Counted from the stretch's first letter, positions 1 through 14,053 are shown. The stretch is DNA of 64,000 nt from Octopus vulgaris (GCA_951406725.2 OX597818.1:15314001-15378000); one strand, 5' to 3'. Notes: generated from the sequence alone by a model not told the origin. Translations and numbers: made by a program.

Positions 1-400
1 AGAAGCATATTTTATTGCAAAATATAAACCTATTTTGAATGCCTCCACAGATGAAATTACTACAAGAATTTAGAACAATTCCAACCACTACTCTTAGGAC
101 CATAGCAGGTCACTTTTAGGTCATTTGACCATTGAAGAAGATTCCACGAACAATCTACTGTCACAGTACTCCTGTATTTTTCTCTTTTCTTTTCTTTCTC
201 CTTCTTCCTCTTCTTTCCCTACTCCTACTTTTCTTCCTCCTTCATCTCCTCCTCCTCCTTCCTTTTTTCTTCTTCTTTTACTTCTCTTCCTCTTCCTCCC
301 TCAGATGCTTCTGCTTAAACCATCAATTCTCTGTAGTCATAAACTATCCCTTCAAATTTACTACTACCTATCTACCAAGCATTCACAAAGAGATAGAGAA

Positions 401-436
<36 letters not shown>

Positions 437-615
437 TCTCTGAAGACTATGGAAATATTTACAAAACATTTCACTTAATTTCTTTTCTCCAATTTAATTG
501 TTTTTTTATATTTTACTCTTAGTTGGAAAAGTTAAACAACAGAAACTGGTACTAAAATGTACTTCATGATAAAAGAATTTTAGCATTTTCTACCTTGTCT
601 TTTTTTCCTTATATA

Positions 616-831
616 CAGAGTGTCCCAGAAGTCATGCGCCATTGTGGTTTTCATTAAAAATAATTAATGCAATTCATTTTATTATATTTTTCTGTATGTT
701 ATTTTTTTTCTTTGCTGCTGGTGCTCAATTTGAGCATTTGTTATGATTAATTTCAATAAAGTGTTTTTGAAATCAATAAAGGTGTATCCTTTTAAAAAAC
801 CAGTATAATGCAGAACTTCTGGGACACCCTG
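616..831. mobile_element. Tc1/mariner-type MITE
   Basis: Terminal inverted repeats CAGAGTGTCCCAGAAGT ... ACTTCTGGGACACCCTG, flanked by TA on both sides; AT-rich non-coding interior. Confidence 0.8.
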
Positions 832-840
832 TATATATAC

Positions 841-1034
841 TCTTTTACTCTTTTACTTGTTTCAGTCATTTGACTGCGGCCATGCTGGAGCACCGCCTTT
901 AGTTGAGCAAATCGACCCCAGGACTTATTCTTTGTAAGCCCAGTACTTATTCTATCGGTCTCTTTTGCCGAACCGCTAAGTGACGGGGACGTAAACACAC
1001 CAGAATCGGTTGTCAAGCAATACTAGGGGGACAA

Positions 1035-1073
<39 letters not shown>

Positions 1074-1246
1074 CATATATACGACAGGCTTCTTTCAGTT
1101 TCCGTCTACCAAATCCACTCACAAGGTATTGGTTGGCCTGGGGCTATAGCAGAAGACACTTGCCCAAGATGCCACACAGTGGGACTGAACCCAGAACCAT
1201 GTGGTTCGTTAGCAACACAGCAACTTACCACACAGCCACTCCTGTG

Positions 1247-1249
<3 letters not shown>
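841..1249 (-). mobile_element. tRNA-derived SINE, family A
   Basis: Minus-strand head AGGCACAGGAGTGGCTGTGTGGTAAG...GGGTTCAGTCCC (A/B boxes), internal (TA)n, (AAAGAGT)-like tail; many similar copies in the window. Confidence 0.9.
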
Positions 1250-1288
<39 letters not shown>

Positions 1289-1442
1289 TATCTTCATTTC
1301 CAACTTAACGTGGAAGTTGTATTAAAACACAGAATACAGAGCTTTTACCTTGTGAGGTAATTACGAGATGTGTGTGTGTGTTTTGTGTGTGTGTGTTTGT
1401 GTGTGTGTGTGCATCAAATTACATACATAACTGAAAGAGCTA

Positions 1443-2363
1443 CTAATAGTTTCCTACTATTATGAGACTTGAACAGGCATATTTGTAAAGTACACCATGT
1501 ATTTTAAAGCAATCTTTCTGGCTCTGTTTATGTATTATATATATATTAAAAACAATGATGCTGGACTGTAAGTAAATAAGAAAAAATACTCTTTTACTTG
1601 TTTCAGTCATTTGACTGTGGCCATGCTGGAGCACCGCCTTTAGTCGTGCAAATTGACCCTAGGACTTATTCTTTGTAAGCCTAGTACTTATTCTATCGGT
1701 CTCTTTTGCCGAACCACTAAGTTACAGGAACATAAACACACCAGCATCGGTTGTCAAGTGATGTTGGAGGGGACAAACACAGACACACATACATATATAT
1801 TTATATATACATATATACGACAGGCTTCTTTCAGTTTCCATCTACCAAATTCACTCACAAGGCTTTGGTCGGCCCAAGGCTATAGTAGAAGACTCTTACC
1901 CTAGGTGCCACACAGTGGGACTGAACCCGGAACCATGTGGTTGGTAAGCAAGCTACTTACCACACAGCCACTCCTACGGAAAAAATGTGATGAATTTTGG
2001 TGCAAATTATGGAATGAGAAAAAGGAAATGAAATCCAAAAAACTAAGATTCTTCCTGATTGCAGACTTTGACATAATTTCTGTTATTTTGTTCTAGACTA
2101 GTTGATTGAAGGAGTTTTCTTCAATCAGGGAGGACAAGGATCTTAATTTTCTTGTTTTTGTTTTACTTTTTCTTGTTCCAATTTTTGCACCAACATTTTT
2201 CACATTTTTTTTCCAATATTTTTTTCTAATTTTCTTACTGTCCATCGTCATTGTTTTTAAAATATATATAATACACAAACAGAGCCTGAAAGATCACTTT
2301 AAAATACATGGTGTACTTTACAAATATGCTCGTTCAAGTATCATAATAGCATGAAACTATTAG
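1443..2363. mobile_element. Foldback/MITE with ~250-bp inverted arms and TA target duplication, interrupted by a SINE
   Basis: TA|CTAATAGTTT ... AAACTATTAG|TA; 1443-1588 plus 1978-2065 is the reverse complement of about 2115-2363. Confidence 0.75.
1589..1977 (-). mobile_element. tRNA-derived SINE, family A (inserted in the MITE arm)
   Basis: Full-length similarity to the 841-1249 copy. Confidence 0.9.
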
Positions 2364-3794
2364 TAAACTTAGAACTCTAATCGGTATGGAGCAGACATTA
2401 GACTTAAATGAAGACATATAGAGAAACTCCATCAAAAACTAGCTTGTCTTTCAAACCATCTAACTTTCCTGTGTAGATGTAGAGACTTAAAGCTAATACT
2501 ACCTGGCTTAAATATAATGACACCAGTGGATCCATATAAAGCTAGAAGAGTGGCGGAAAGGGCAGGACATGCCCTCGTCTGTGAGAGGATCCATTATTAC
2601 CATTGGAAAAAACATAAACTAAATAACGAAATCAAAGAGAGGTTATCTTCATTAGTTAGGAAAATAATCAGAGATGATGATATAAAGAGAATCCAACAAG
2701 ATCTAGAAAAGTTGTACATGAAAGAATTTGAAATGGTGAAGACACGCCAAATTAAGAAGATTATGAAACTCAAAGGTCAGAGAATGAAGACTGAAGTCCG
2801 TCACCCACCTGTTAAAGCAATAATTAATGTAAGTAGCCGACATCTAGAAAGCTCTGAAGAAGCACTACGAAACAAAGGTCTCAACTTTGCAACAACCATC
2901 AAGCACATTCCATACTTGGACATAATAGCCCCTATTGAAGAGGTAGCCATAAAGGTACCAAAAGCTCAGGGAGATGAACTAAGGTGGAAAGTGAGATAGG
3001 TACTAGGGAAATGCTACAGTGATGATGAACAAATCTGACTACTCTGAAAAATTGGCAAGTCTTATAAGTGATGGTAGCTACAGCAAAGTAAAGAAAGACC
3101 CAACTCTGAAAACAGAGAGGAAGTTGTCACAGATCTTGATCAAGAACAAGGATCACTTTACACCAATGAAATACAGACAACTGACTCAACACTACAGTAA
3201 ACTACCACACATGTACGTTCTCCCTAAGATTCATAAGGATGGTATTCCATTAAGACCTATAGTGAGCTATAGGTCATTCACTGAGCCGCTTCCTTGTGGT
3301 TATAACCAATCCATTAGCAGGAAAGTCAACATCATAGTGAAGAATTCCACCCACTTCACAGAATTGATCAAGTATACCCACATTGAATCCAACCAGATGG
3401 TGAGTCTAGTTGTGGTAGGTCTGTTCACCAAAGTCTTAATTGGTGAAGCACTATCAGTGATTCAAGAAAAACTAGTGACAGACACCCTTCTAAAAGAATG
3501 CACTGGTATACCAATAAGAAACCAGGTGGAAATATTGACCTTCTATGTAGAAACTACCTACTTCAGTATGGACACTGATATATATTGACAAGAAGGTTTA
3601 GCTATGGGTTCGCCATTACCCCTGATAATAGCCAATATGTACATGGAATACTTTGAGATTTTGGCTTTAGGATAAACACCACTAAAACCAACCCTATGGC
3701 TGCGATATGTTGATGACACCTTTATACTCTGGCCCCACCAGGAAGATGTCCAAGTGCTGTTAGATCATGTGAACTTAATAAAGCCATGCATACA

Positions 3795-4007
3795 CTCTTT
3801 TACTCTTTTACTTGTTGCAGTCATTTGAGTGTGGTCATGCTGGAGCACTGCCTTTAGTTGAGCAAATTGACCCCAGGACTTATTCTTTGGAAGACTGATA
3901 CTTATTCTACCGGTCTCTTTTGCTGAACTACTAAGTTACGAGTATGTAAACACACCACCATCGGTTGTCAAGCGATGGTGTGGGGACACACAAACATATA
4001 CACACAC

Positions 4008-4050
<43 letters not shown>

Positions 4051-4215
4051 TACAACAGGCTTCTTCCAGTTTTCTTCTACCAAATCCACTCACAAGGCTT
4101 TGGTCGGCCCGAGGCTATAGTAGAAGACACTTGCCCAAGGTGCCATGCAGTGGGAATGAACCCAGAACCATGTGGTTGGTAAGCAAGCTACTTACCACAC
4201 AGCTACTCCAGCACC
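3795..4215 (-). mobile_element. tRNA-derived SINE, family A (nested in the PLE RT)
   Basis: Similarity to other family A copies. Confidence 0.9.
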
Positions 4216-4228
4216 TAAAAAATGTGTG

Positions 4229-4338
4229 ATGCTTACAGCACCTAGGTTTCCCAAGCAGTCACCCATCTAAGTATTAACTAGGCTTAACTTCGGTGATCGG
4301 ACGAGAACCAGTGCTTTCAACATGATATGGCCGTAAGT
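4229..4338 (-). pseudogene. 5S rRNA pseudogene with ~10-nt internal deletion
   Basis: Minus strand reads ACTTACGGCCATATCATGTTGAAAGCACTGGTTCTCGTCCGATCACCGAAGTTAAGC-CTAGTTAATACTTAGATGGGTGACTGCTTGGGAAACCTAGGTGCTGTAAGCAT, recognisably metazoan 5S but 110 nt long with CpG-type mutations. Confidence 0.9.
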
Positions 4339-5091
4339 TCACAATGGAATAGAAAAAAGACAATCAGCTAGCATTCCTGGACGTATTAATAACATGCACC
4401 AAGTATGGATTCAAGACATCTGTATACAGCAAGCTGACCTTCACTGGACGATACCTCAACTTCAATTTCCATCATCCATTTAGTGTAAAGAGAAGGATTG
4501 CTCAGCACCTAAAACATCAAATAAAGAATATAAGTAGCGATCATGATACCCACCACGAAGACACGATCAAGCTAAGTAACAATCTATTAAGCAACAAATA
4601 CCCCAAAAACATACTATCCACTCTAATTATGAAGAAAAGAGAGGACGAAACCAATAAACTGACTACAGTCTGTCTACCCTATGTGAAAGGCCTCTCCGAA
4701 AAGATACAAAAGATATGCGGCCCATATGACATTAGGACAGTATTCAAGAGTAATACAACACTTTGCAAATATCTCCTTTGAGCAAAACCACTATTAGAAG
4801 AGAATATGACCAAAGACTGCGTGTACTCTAACCCATACAGCTGTAGTAGGTTATACAAAGGTGAAACATGCTGCCCCCTCAAAATAAGGATAGACAAACA
4901 TGTGTGTGCATGCATGCGTGTGTGTGTAAATGTAAGATCCATAGATTCAGGTGTAAGAAGTTAGTAAGCTCCGAGCAGTCTGTAGAAATTCGATAAAATG
5001 AAAACATTTATTTATATAGTTCATGGGTAGCAACTAAGGTTGCTATGTGTGCGAATAAAAATCCAAATCAAGAGAATGGAGCAGGTAAAAT

Positions 5092-5180
5092 TCAGGCTAC
5101 ATATGTTTCCTAGCTAGCAGAAAACTCAGAAGTAACAATTACTCAACTAGGGATACTCTACTAGCTACTCATCAGGCTGA
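5092..5180 (-). ncRNA. Type I hammerhead ribozyme motif (PLE-type, palindromic stem III)
   Basis: Minus strand: TCAGC-CTGATGA-GTAGCTAG...CTAGCTAG-GAAA-CATATG-TA-GCCTGA; intact core, paired stems I and II, ACATATGT palindrome. Confidence 0.7.
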
Positions 5181-5993
5181 AAATACCTTAGTTAAATGAA
5201 GGTTACATTGTTGTCAGGGGATCTTAAGTTAACTCGCTGGAGATTTGATCGAAAATGAGTGGAAAGCATGGAGTAAGAGAACAAAAAAGAAAAACATAAG
5301 TATGAAGAAATAAGATATGGGAGTGGGAAAATGTTTAAAATTGTTAAGAGAAAGAATAAACGTATACATGAGTATGTATATAAATATTCATTGCAAACAT
5401 CATATACACCAATACACAGTTCTCTACACATGTTTGTGTAAATGTATGTATGTATGTATGTATGTATGTATGTATGTATGTATGTATGTATGCATGCATG
5501 TATGTATATATGTCATTATTCAGTTTTATTTAAAAACTTTTTGCCAATAGAGAAAGAGCCAGTTTCTAACCTAGATCCAAGGTTCCTTCATTGAAATTTC
5601 AACATCAACAACAGGGTATTTTTGTATGTATGTATGTATGTATGTATGTATTCTCATGCATAAAGCTACATATACAGACATGCTCATATATATTTAAATG
5701 ATAAACTTCTGGAAAGCTTCACAGATTTTTACAGTCCCAGTGATGGATTGGATCTGTAGTCTTCAAATTAGCTTTCTCCTTTCTGGTTTTGAGGTGTATG
5801 TATGTATGTATGTATCTATCTATTAGTAAAATTAGTGGAATTTCCACAGGTTTAATCAGTTCAGCTGAATGTTGCTTTGTTTGTTTATTCTGCATGTTAC
5901 TCTCCCGATGGCATGACCCAAATTTGTTCAGATTTAATTTTCTTACATTTTATTTGTTTGATGCAATCCGTAGTCTTCTCATAGTTACAGATA

Positions 5994-6030
<37 letters not shown>

Positions 6031-6565
6031 CAAACACTCAAATGGTTGTTACCATACATACTCATGTGATGGGATTGTCATAGGTGGTTTGAAATTCTTT
6101 CCTGACACTTCGGAAATTTAGCTTTTTTTTAAAAAAAAAATTTCAATCCTGTTTTGATAACAAACCAACTCACAAAACTCATTTACTGCTTAGTAAAAGA
6201 GAGAGAGAATAAAAGAGAGAGGGAGAGAGAGAGACAGAGAGAGACAGACAGACAGATGGACAGATTAAGGACAGAGAAAGAGAAGCAGTGCTGTGTTGGT
6301 GTTCCGACCTTTACTAATTCTAAATGTATGCAATTTGTTTTTTTGTGGGTTTTTTGTGGGGTTTTTTACTAATTTCTAAACTCTATTTTGACATTATATC
6401 ATTAGAAAAATTAAGTACATTTTACATTGATTCATGTTTCAATACGTTTCAACAATATTAAAAAGGGCATACACAGTTACAAAAAACTGAAGAAAGGTTA
6501 TACCTTTCTAAAAATAAAAAAGCTTCCCTATATTACTATAGTAATATAACTTGCAACTATATAGT

Positions 6566-6596
<31 letters not shown>

Positions 6597-9290
6597 TTGC
6601 TTTTTCATCGGAATAGGTCGGTTACCCTGGTTGTCATCACCTTGTGCTGAATGTTGGCAGTTTACTTAGCATTTGGTTGTAACTTATGCACTCCCTCTTC
6701 CTTCTTTCTCACAGCATGGGTTGCTTTGGCATTGTACAGTACAGCAAAGGGGTTCACCAGAGGTGTGTAATCTGGGCATATGAGATGATTGCAGACCTGA
6801 TTTGTCTGCAATGTTTGGTTAAGAAGATTGCTTCTCAACCAAGTGGTCTTGGGTTCAGTCCCTAGGCTGACCAATGCTTCGTGAACAGATTTGGTAGACG
6901 GAAACTGAAAGAAGCCCATTGTGTGTGGGGTGTGTAGGGATGTGAGTAGACCCCTATCTAGACAGCATGTGATGGTTGTGAATAAGCATTTACAGTCTTC
7001 TGTGAAAAATATGTCTGGCTGTGAGAAAATATCATTTTGCTAGGAAATGGGTAAGGGTTGGTAATAGGAAGGGCATCCGGTGTCGAAAATCTGCCTCAAC
7101 AAAATTCCATCCAACACCTGCAAGCATGAAAAAGTGGACATTAAATGATGAAGATGATGATTTTCCATAGTTTCATGAGTTACATTGCATATTAAAAGCC
7201 ATTTACAATGGCAAAGCCACAAAGCTTATGTTATGTTGTTAGGCCACTATGATTAGATGCTACCATTTGCATTTTGCACAGTTTCTCACAACCAATCATC
7301 AAAGTTGATCACAAAACATTTTGAGCTAAAAATTTGTCTTGTGCAGACAAAATATGGAGCCATAATTTTTGCTGGAATTTCACAAATGGCTAAATCTGAG
7401 CTTGCTTTAAGGCCTCACGGGGGTAAATTTTATAAAGCAAAAAATTGTTGTGAATACAGCTGCGACACAAATTTTGGCAACATAAAAATAATTAGGCAAG
7501 GGAACTTTGACAGAGTCCTTGCTGACATTGGCTGTGATGCACACACAATGCGCCACTGAGTGCCTCTAAAGAACTGTTGATGTATGACTAGTTGTTAGCA
7601 ATGTAGTTCTTTTATCATGAAGGCACGTAGCTTAGTGGTTAGGGTATTCAACTCACAGTCATAAGGTCGTGAGTTCAATTCCCAGTGGTGTGTTGTATCA
7701 TTGAAGAAGACACTTTATTTCATGTTACCCAATTCAACTCAGCCAACAAAAATGAGTAATACCTGTGATACAAAAGGCTAATGTTGTCATCATCTGTGTC
7801 ATGCTGATTCTCCCGGAGATCTGTGTTAACGGTCTGTGTGTCTGTGGAGTGCTCAGACACTTCCACGTTAATTTCACGAGCAGGCAGTTCTGTTGATTGA
7901 ATCAACCGAAACACTCATTGTCATAACTGACAGATTTCCAGTCGTTCTTTTATCTTGCTTCAGTCATTAGACTGCACCCATGCTGGGAACTGCTTTATGG
8001 AATTTTACCTGAACTAATAGACCCCAGTAGTTATTTTCCTTTTAAGCCTGCTACTCTATTGGTCTCCTTTGCCAAACTGTTAAGTTATGGGGCTGTAAAC
8101 ATGGACACAAAGACGCACACACACCACACACACACACACTCACACACACACACACTCACACACACACACTCACGCACACACACACACTCACACACACACA
8201 CACACACACACGCACACAATTTTCACATGTACACAATTTACGTAAAAGTTAAAAGAATTTTGTGATTTTGCCAGAGTGGAACACAAAAAGACAGTGCACC
8301 ATGATGCACTAGCATAGCTAGAGTATGCTGCCCGGGTTGGACCTTCTGTTTGCCCACTCCCCACCGAACCCTACAAAAAACACATATTACCTGCAGCAGA
8401 CCCAAATGTACCTCTACTGCTGCTACTGCCCCTACTTCTCCCTCCCCCTTCCAGCTATGCTACTGCCATGATGACACCACAAAATTATCGATACTACCAG
8501 TAGTTGAAATAATTTTTTACATTTTGTTGCTTTGAAATTCTGCTTTTATTTTGAAAAACTCTAATAGTAATAGATAAGACAGTTTTGTGAAAATAATTTC
8601 CATGAGAATGGACTAAACAGAACAGGATACACGTGGGATGGAAGAATCACTGAAGAGGTCACAGATGTGTGACAAAAGATTACCAGACAATGGACATAAG
8701 ATAAAATAAGAAGATTAATAAGCGAGTGAAGAAAGAATGTATAGTGCATGTGTTTATTTGGCAAGGAAAAATAAATGACCTTCCCGAAATATAACAATAT
8801 TTGTTTCAACACACCATTTCACATCAGGAATCTTGCAAAACAAATTCATAAGGGATTTTCAAGAAATATACTCATAGACGCAGGCGTGGCTGTGTGGTTA
8901 GAAGCTATATATATATATATATATATATGTATTAATTTTTGTATATATGTATTGTTATTTTTTTGTAAAAACATTGTAAATTTCTTTTTTCCCCTTCCTC
9001 AATTTTAAAAAAATTTCTTTTCCCCTTCCAAATCTTGAAAATTTGCCTTGCGATGAAAACTGGTTTGATTTATTATTTTTTCTTTTTTAATTTTCCATAC
9101 ACCCATTTTTATTAAAATTGACTTTCAATTTAGCATTCTGCCTTATTATAATTTTTCCTCTCATAAATATATATATATATATATATATATAATGAGAGAA
9201 AAATGGAAAAGTTTATATTTATATATATATATATATATAAACTTACTTGGAAATGGATGCTTGGCATTCAATTAAATAATGATATAAATA

Positions 9291-9392
<102 letters not shown>

Positions 9393-9408
9393 ATATGCAT
9401 ATATGAGT

Positions 9409-9727
9409 ACAGGACATCACCAACGGTAAACAACATGAAATGCGAAAATAAATGAATTAAATACTATAACAACGAGAGAAAAATGGAAAACATGACAAGT
9501 AATACAAAGAATACAAAGGACGACCCTTCATCAGTTGTCGGTTGTCTATCTACTCCCCATTTCGAGGTTGATTGCTCGAAATGGGGAGTAGATAGACAGC
9601 AGACAACTAATGAAGGGTCGTTCTTTGTCTTCTTTGTATTGTCCTGCTTTCCATTTTCTCTCGTTGTTATCGTATTTCACTCATTTGTTTTCGTATCTCA
9701 TGTTGTTTACTGGTGGTGACATCCTGT
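9409..9727. repeat. Long palindrome (~155-bp arms, 8-nt loop)
   Basis: ...CTACTCCCCATTTCGAG gttgattg CTCGAAATGGGGAGTAG...; arms 9409-9566 and 9575-9727. Confidence 0.9.
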
Positions 9728-10083
9728 GTGTATTTGTGCGCGCGTGTATGCGTATATGTACACGTGTACATGCATGGTTGCATATATATGTGCATTTATT
9801 GGCGTATGTGTGGGTGTGCATGTATGTGTTTCACGCGAGTGTGAGTGAGCATATACACATAGGTACATGTACGTGGGTGTACGTGAGCGCATGTGTATGT
9901 ATGTACATGCGTGCATACGCGATTGCTCTGAGCTTTTTCATTTCTTTGCTTTTTACTTTCTCCCCTTCGATTTTTCCCTCATTTAACGGTCATTGTAATA
10001 ATTCTTTTGTGTTAATAATGGTCAATTACTTAGTAATTTTCCATTTGTTTAACGGTCATTTTCATAGCATTTTTTGATCGCCT

Positions 10084-10146
10084 TGATAACTGACGAGATG
10101 CCGGAGCAGATTTCCGCCCCGACATCCGAAACTCGGAGTCTTATTA
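10084..10146 (+). ncRNA. Type I hammerhead ribozyme motif upstream of the PLE ORF
   Basis: TGATAA-CTGACGA-GATGCCGG...CCGACATC-C-GAAA-CTCGGAG-TC-TTATTA; GUC cleavage triplet; lies ~200 nt 5' of the PLE ATG. Confidence 0.75.
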
Positions 10147-10349
10147 TAGCAACCGAATAATTGTCACATATTATATTACCGATAAATTCCTCTATTTAAT
10201 ATCGAGGTCCCATTCATTCTTTTGTTGTCTTACCATTACTATTAATAAATTACCTCCCATACACCACTGTTTTTCCGTAAAAGCTAATACAGCTTGTCTT
10301 GAAAAATCGCCATAAATTGGTTGAGGACTCTGCCCCGCAGAAGAATTCA

Positions 10350-11800
10350 ATATGGACACCTACAATATCGATTATTCTATGAAAAACATACCTATACCAT
10401 CCAGGGAACTATACTCTAAGAAACTTTTGGAAAAAATTACAGGCTCTATTAAGCATTTGAGATGGAAAGCTTTTATTTTACATGGAAGAGGACACTACAG
10501 AGAACATATTCTATGGAATTAAATCAAAGAAATTCCCTCCAAAAATCAAAGGCTTGGAAGACTTCGAAGCGGACCTACTGAAGCTCATGAACAAAATAAA
10601 ATTTCGTAAGTCTTTTAACACTTTCCAACAGAAAATGAAAAAAGATATCAAATACATAAAGAGTTCCAAAAAACGGCACTTTTTCTGATAAAGCCAAGAA
10701 CTTATACCTTGTAGAGAACAGCACATATTTACGATTCCTACACAACAGCATCATCAATAATTACACCAAAGCTAGGCCACAATTTTATAACGAAATTAAT
10801 AAAGAAGCTAGCATCATTGCCGCCTGACTTAAATTAGATTTTAAAAAAATAGAGGCCCTTCCAAAATAAGAGGCTTTTATAACTATCAAGGATCATGAAA
10901 AGAACTTCCTATCAAATCCTAAATGTAGGCTTATTAACCCAGCTAAATTAGAAATTGGTATTATTAGTAAAGAAATTTTAGGAAAAATCAGTGCGAAAGT
11001 CAGGAATGCTACTAGGTTAGTACAACGGTCCAATAGTATAGAAGTCGTTGACTGGTTTAAAGCCATTAGGAATAAGAATAAAGCGAGATTTACGCAATTC
11101 GAAATTGTCGATTTCTATGCCTCTATCTCTAAGGAACTGCTAGATAAAGCCCTCACATTCGCAAGCGAATTTATAGAAATTAGTAGACAGGATAAGGACA
11201 TAATCTTCCATGCTAGAAAGACTTTACTCTTCAGTGAGAACGCAGAGTGGGTCAAGACTACCGATACAGATGCTTTCGATGTGCTTTCGATGTGAGCATG
11301 GAGTCATATGATGGAGCATGCATATACTATTCCATTGGACCATTCCAGCTCTACTACTAATTAAAAAAATATAATCGCACACAACCCACAAAAACCACGA
11401 AATGAAACCAGCTGTTCATGCAGGAATAAGAATGTGCTCGCTAAATGGAGTTAGCATGTCCGAGACCATCATTTAGGAAGCCACTGTAGACTCTACAACC
11501 ACTAAGGACACAGTTTTAACAAAGAAATATGTGGGCCTTACAGAGGGGAATTTTAAGGTCCGGTTCAACAATCACACCTTGAGCTTCAGGCACTGGGATA
11601 AAAGGAAAACGACCGAATTACCCAGTTATATATGGTCCTTAAAAGATCTTAGCCAAATGTAAGCCTTACACCAACGGCAGTGGAAAGTGCAGTCTTTGTT
11701 ATATGGAAAGATGGCTCATCTGGAAAAGCAGCTTAGACCCCGCTACATCTCTAAATTCAAGAACTGAACTTTTTGGGTCATGTCCATACATGTCTAAATA
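10350..11800 (+). mobile_element. Degenerate Penelope-like element, Naiad-like, with internal deletion
   Basis: MDTYNIDYSMKNIPIPSRELY..LRWKA, AFITIKDHEKNFLSNPKCRLINPAK, QFEIVDFYASIS, FDVSMESYDGA, then YVGLTEGNFKVRFNNH..TELPSYIWSLK..CSLC (GIY-YIG); the YxDD region appears deleted near 11320. Confidence 0.85.
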
Positions 11801-11994
11801 TTTGTTACGTTTTTGGTCCCCCCAAGATCACAGATAGAACCTGTTTTTTATATTGTGTCCACGTACAAGCATTTTATCTCTCTATACTTTTTATACATAT
11901 TTTTACATATTTATATATATATATTTTTTTTTTAGATATTTTTTACATATTTATAGATATAATTTTATATTTTTATTGCTTAATATATTTTTAC

Positions 11995-12175
11995 ACAGAG
12001 ACGGAGATGTTGCACTTTCAGCGTGTGTCTGCGCATCATCAACTACGGCATGCCCAGCCCTCCCTTTAACGGATGTTGGCAGCAAACGGATCGCCTGACC
12101 ATCGGAACGCATCCTTTCCACAAGAAACGGAAAATAATGCGTTCCAGTTTGGTGATGGTAGGGTCCGGTCAAGGC
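11995..12175 (-). mobile_element. L1/Tx1-clade LINE ORF2 fragment
   Basis: Minus frame TKLERIIFRFLWKGCVPMVRRSVCCQHPLKGGLGMP*, the post-RT F.W....P...GGLG.P motif. Confidence 0.7.
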
Positions 12176-12280
<105 letters not shown>

Positions 12281-12446
12281 CATATATACGATGAGCTTCT
12301 TTCAGTTTCCGTTTACCAAATCCACTCACAAGGCTTTAGTCGACCCGAGGCTATATTAGAAGACACTTGCCCAAAGTGCTACGCAGTGGGACTGAACCCA
12401 GAACCATATGGTTGGTAAGCAAGCTATTTACCACACAGCCACTCCA

Positions 12447-12559
<113 letters not shown>

Positions 12560-12561
12560 TA

Positions 12562-12790
12562 GAAGGCGGTGAGCTGGCAGAAACGTTAGCACACAGGGCG
12601 AAATGCTTAGAGGTATTTCGTCTGCCGTTACGTCCTGAGTTCAAATTCCGCCGAGGTCGACTTTGCCTTTCATCCTTTCGGGGTCGATAAATTAAGTACC
12701 AGTTACGCACTGGGGTCGATGTAATCGACTTAATCCGTTTGTCTGTCCTTGTTTGTCCCCTCTGTGTTTAGCCCCTTGTGGGCAATAAAG

Positions 12791-12794
<4 letters not shown>
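12562..12794 (+). mobile_element. tRNA-derived SINE, family B
   Basis: GGCGGTGAGCTGGCAGAA (A box), GAGTTCAAATTCC (B box), GACTTTGCCTTTCATCCTTTCGGGGTCGATAAA core; other copies near 21510, 34936, 47608, 49580-49960 and 56770. Confidence 0.9.
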
Positions 12795-12885
<91 letters not shown>

Positions 12886-12886
<1 letters not shown>

Positions 12887-13023
12887 TACCAACCACATGG
12901 TTCCGGGTTCAGTCCCACTGCGTGGCACCTTGGGCAAGTGTCTTCTACTATAGCCTCGGGCCGACCAAAGCCTTGTGAGTGGATTTGGTAGACGGAAACT
13001 GAAAGAAGCCCGTCGTATATATG

Positions 13024-13084
<61 letters not shown>

Positions 13085-13296
13085 ATATTTGTGTGTCTGT
13101 GTTTTCCCCCTAGCATTGCTTGACAACCGATGCTGGTGTGTTTCTGTCCCCGTTACTTAGCGGTTCGGCAAAAGAGACCGATAGAATAAGTACTGGGCTT
13201 ACGAAAGAATAAGTCCCGGGGTCGAGTTGCTCGATTAAAGGCGGTGCTCCAGCATGGCCGCAGTCAAATGACTGAAACAAGTAAAAGAGTAAAAGA
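12886..13296 (+). mobile_element. tRNA-derived SINE, family A (5' end eroded)
   Basis: Reverse complement of the 841-1249 type; CpGs intact. Confidence 0.9.
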
Positions 13297-13307
13297 GAGA
13301 GTAAAGA

Positions 13308-13355
<48 letters not shown>

Positions 13356-13859
13356 TCGTCACATATAGTTCCGATAAATAGATAAGCTTCAGACCGAGAT
13401 AGTGAAATCGATATGATCGATTAAACCATTTGGAAAGGCTTTTCTCCTTCATGGTCCTAGTCGAATGGCTGAAACCAATGACGGGGCATATTCCTTAATA
13501 AGCAGATATAGCACGATATTGTAAACCACAAACACACCCGTCGCTCTCTTCCTTCACTGCGACAGTTATTCGCTGTTTAAAAATGAATAAATAAATAAAA
13601 TTTGGTAAAATAAATAAATGACAATTTGCTGCCATATAATTGGTCGCATGGAAATAAATAGGATGTTATTAGCTGAGACCTTGATATTTCAGTTTATTAA
13701 GTGTTACATCGACAACGTACTTCTAGTAAGCCAGCAGTAAGTAAATTTCTTTTGTTTTTATTATTGCTTTATTGTCCCATATATTATAGAGGGAGAAAAG
13801 CATGTGATTAACTCGGAGTGTATAGCGCTAACAACGCCTTGCACAAATGAATGCCACTT

Positions 13860-13894
13860 TATCTGTTTATCTCTCTATCTCTCTATGTACCAGT

Positions 13895-13967
<73 letters not shown>

Positions 13968-13983
13968 AATATTTATCAATCTT

Positions 13984-14053
<70 letters not shown>

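Larger units (their letters stand above)
2370..4900 (+). mobile_element. Degenerate Penelope-like retroelement (RT + GIY-YIG), Penelope/Poseidon-like
   Basis: Conceptual translation gives NHLTFLCRCRD, INVSSRHL..KGLNFA, YVLPKIHKDGIPLRPIVS, GLAMGSPL..ANMYME, WLRYVDDTF, QFTME..LAFLDV, LPYVKGLSEKI, CVYSNPYSCSRLYKGET (GIY-YIG); stops and frameshifts; split by an insertion at 3795-4338. Confidence 0.9.

Noticed and set aside
6600-7560. Possible coding exons (ORFs 6662-6919 and 7257-7559)
   Set aside because: No recognisable domain or consistent splice sites; more likely old TE debris.
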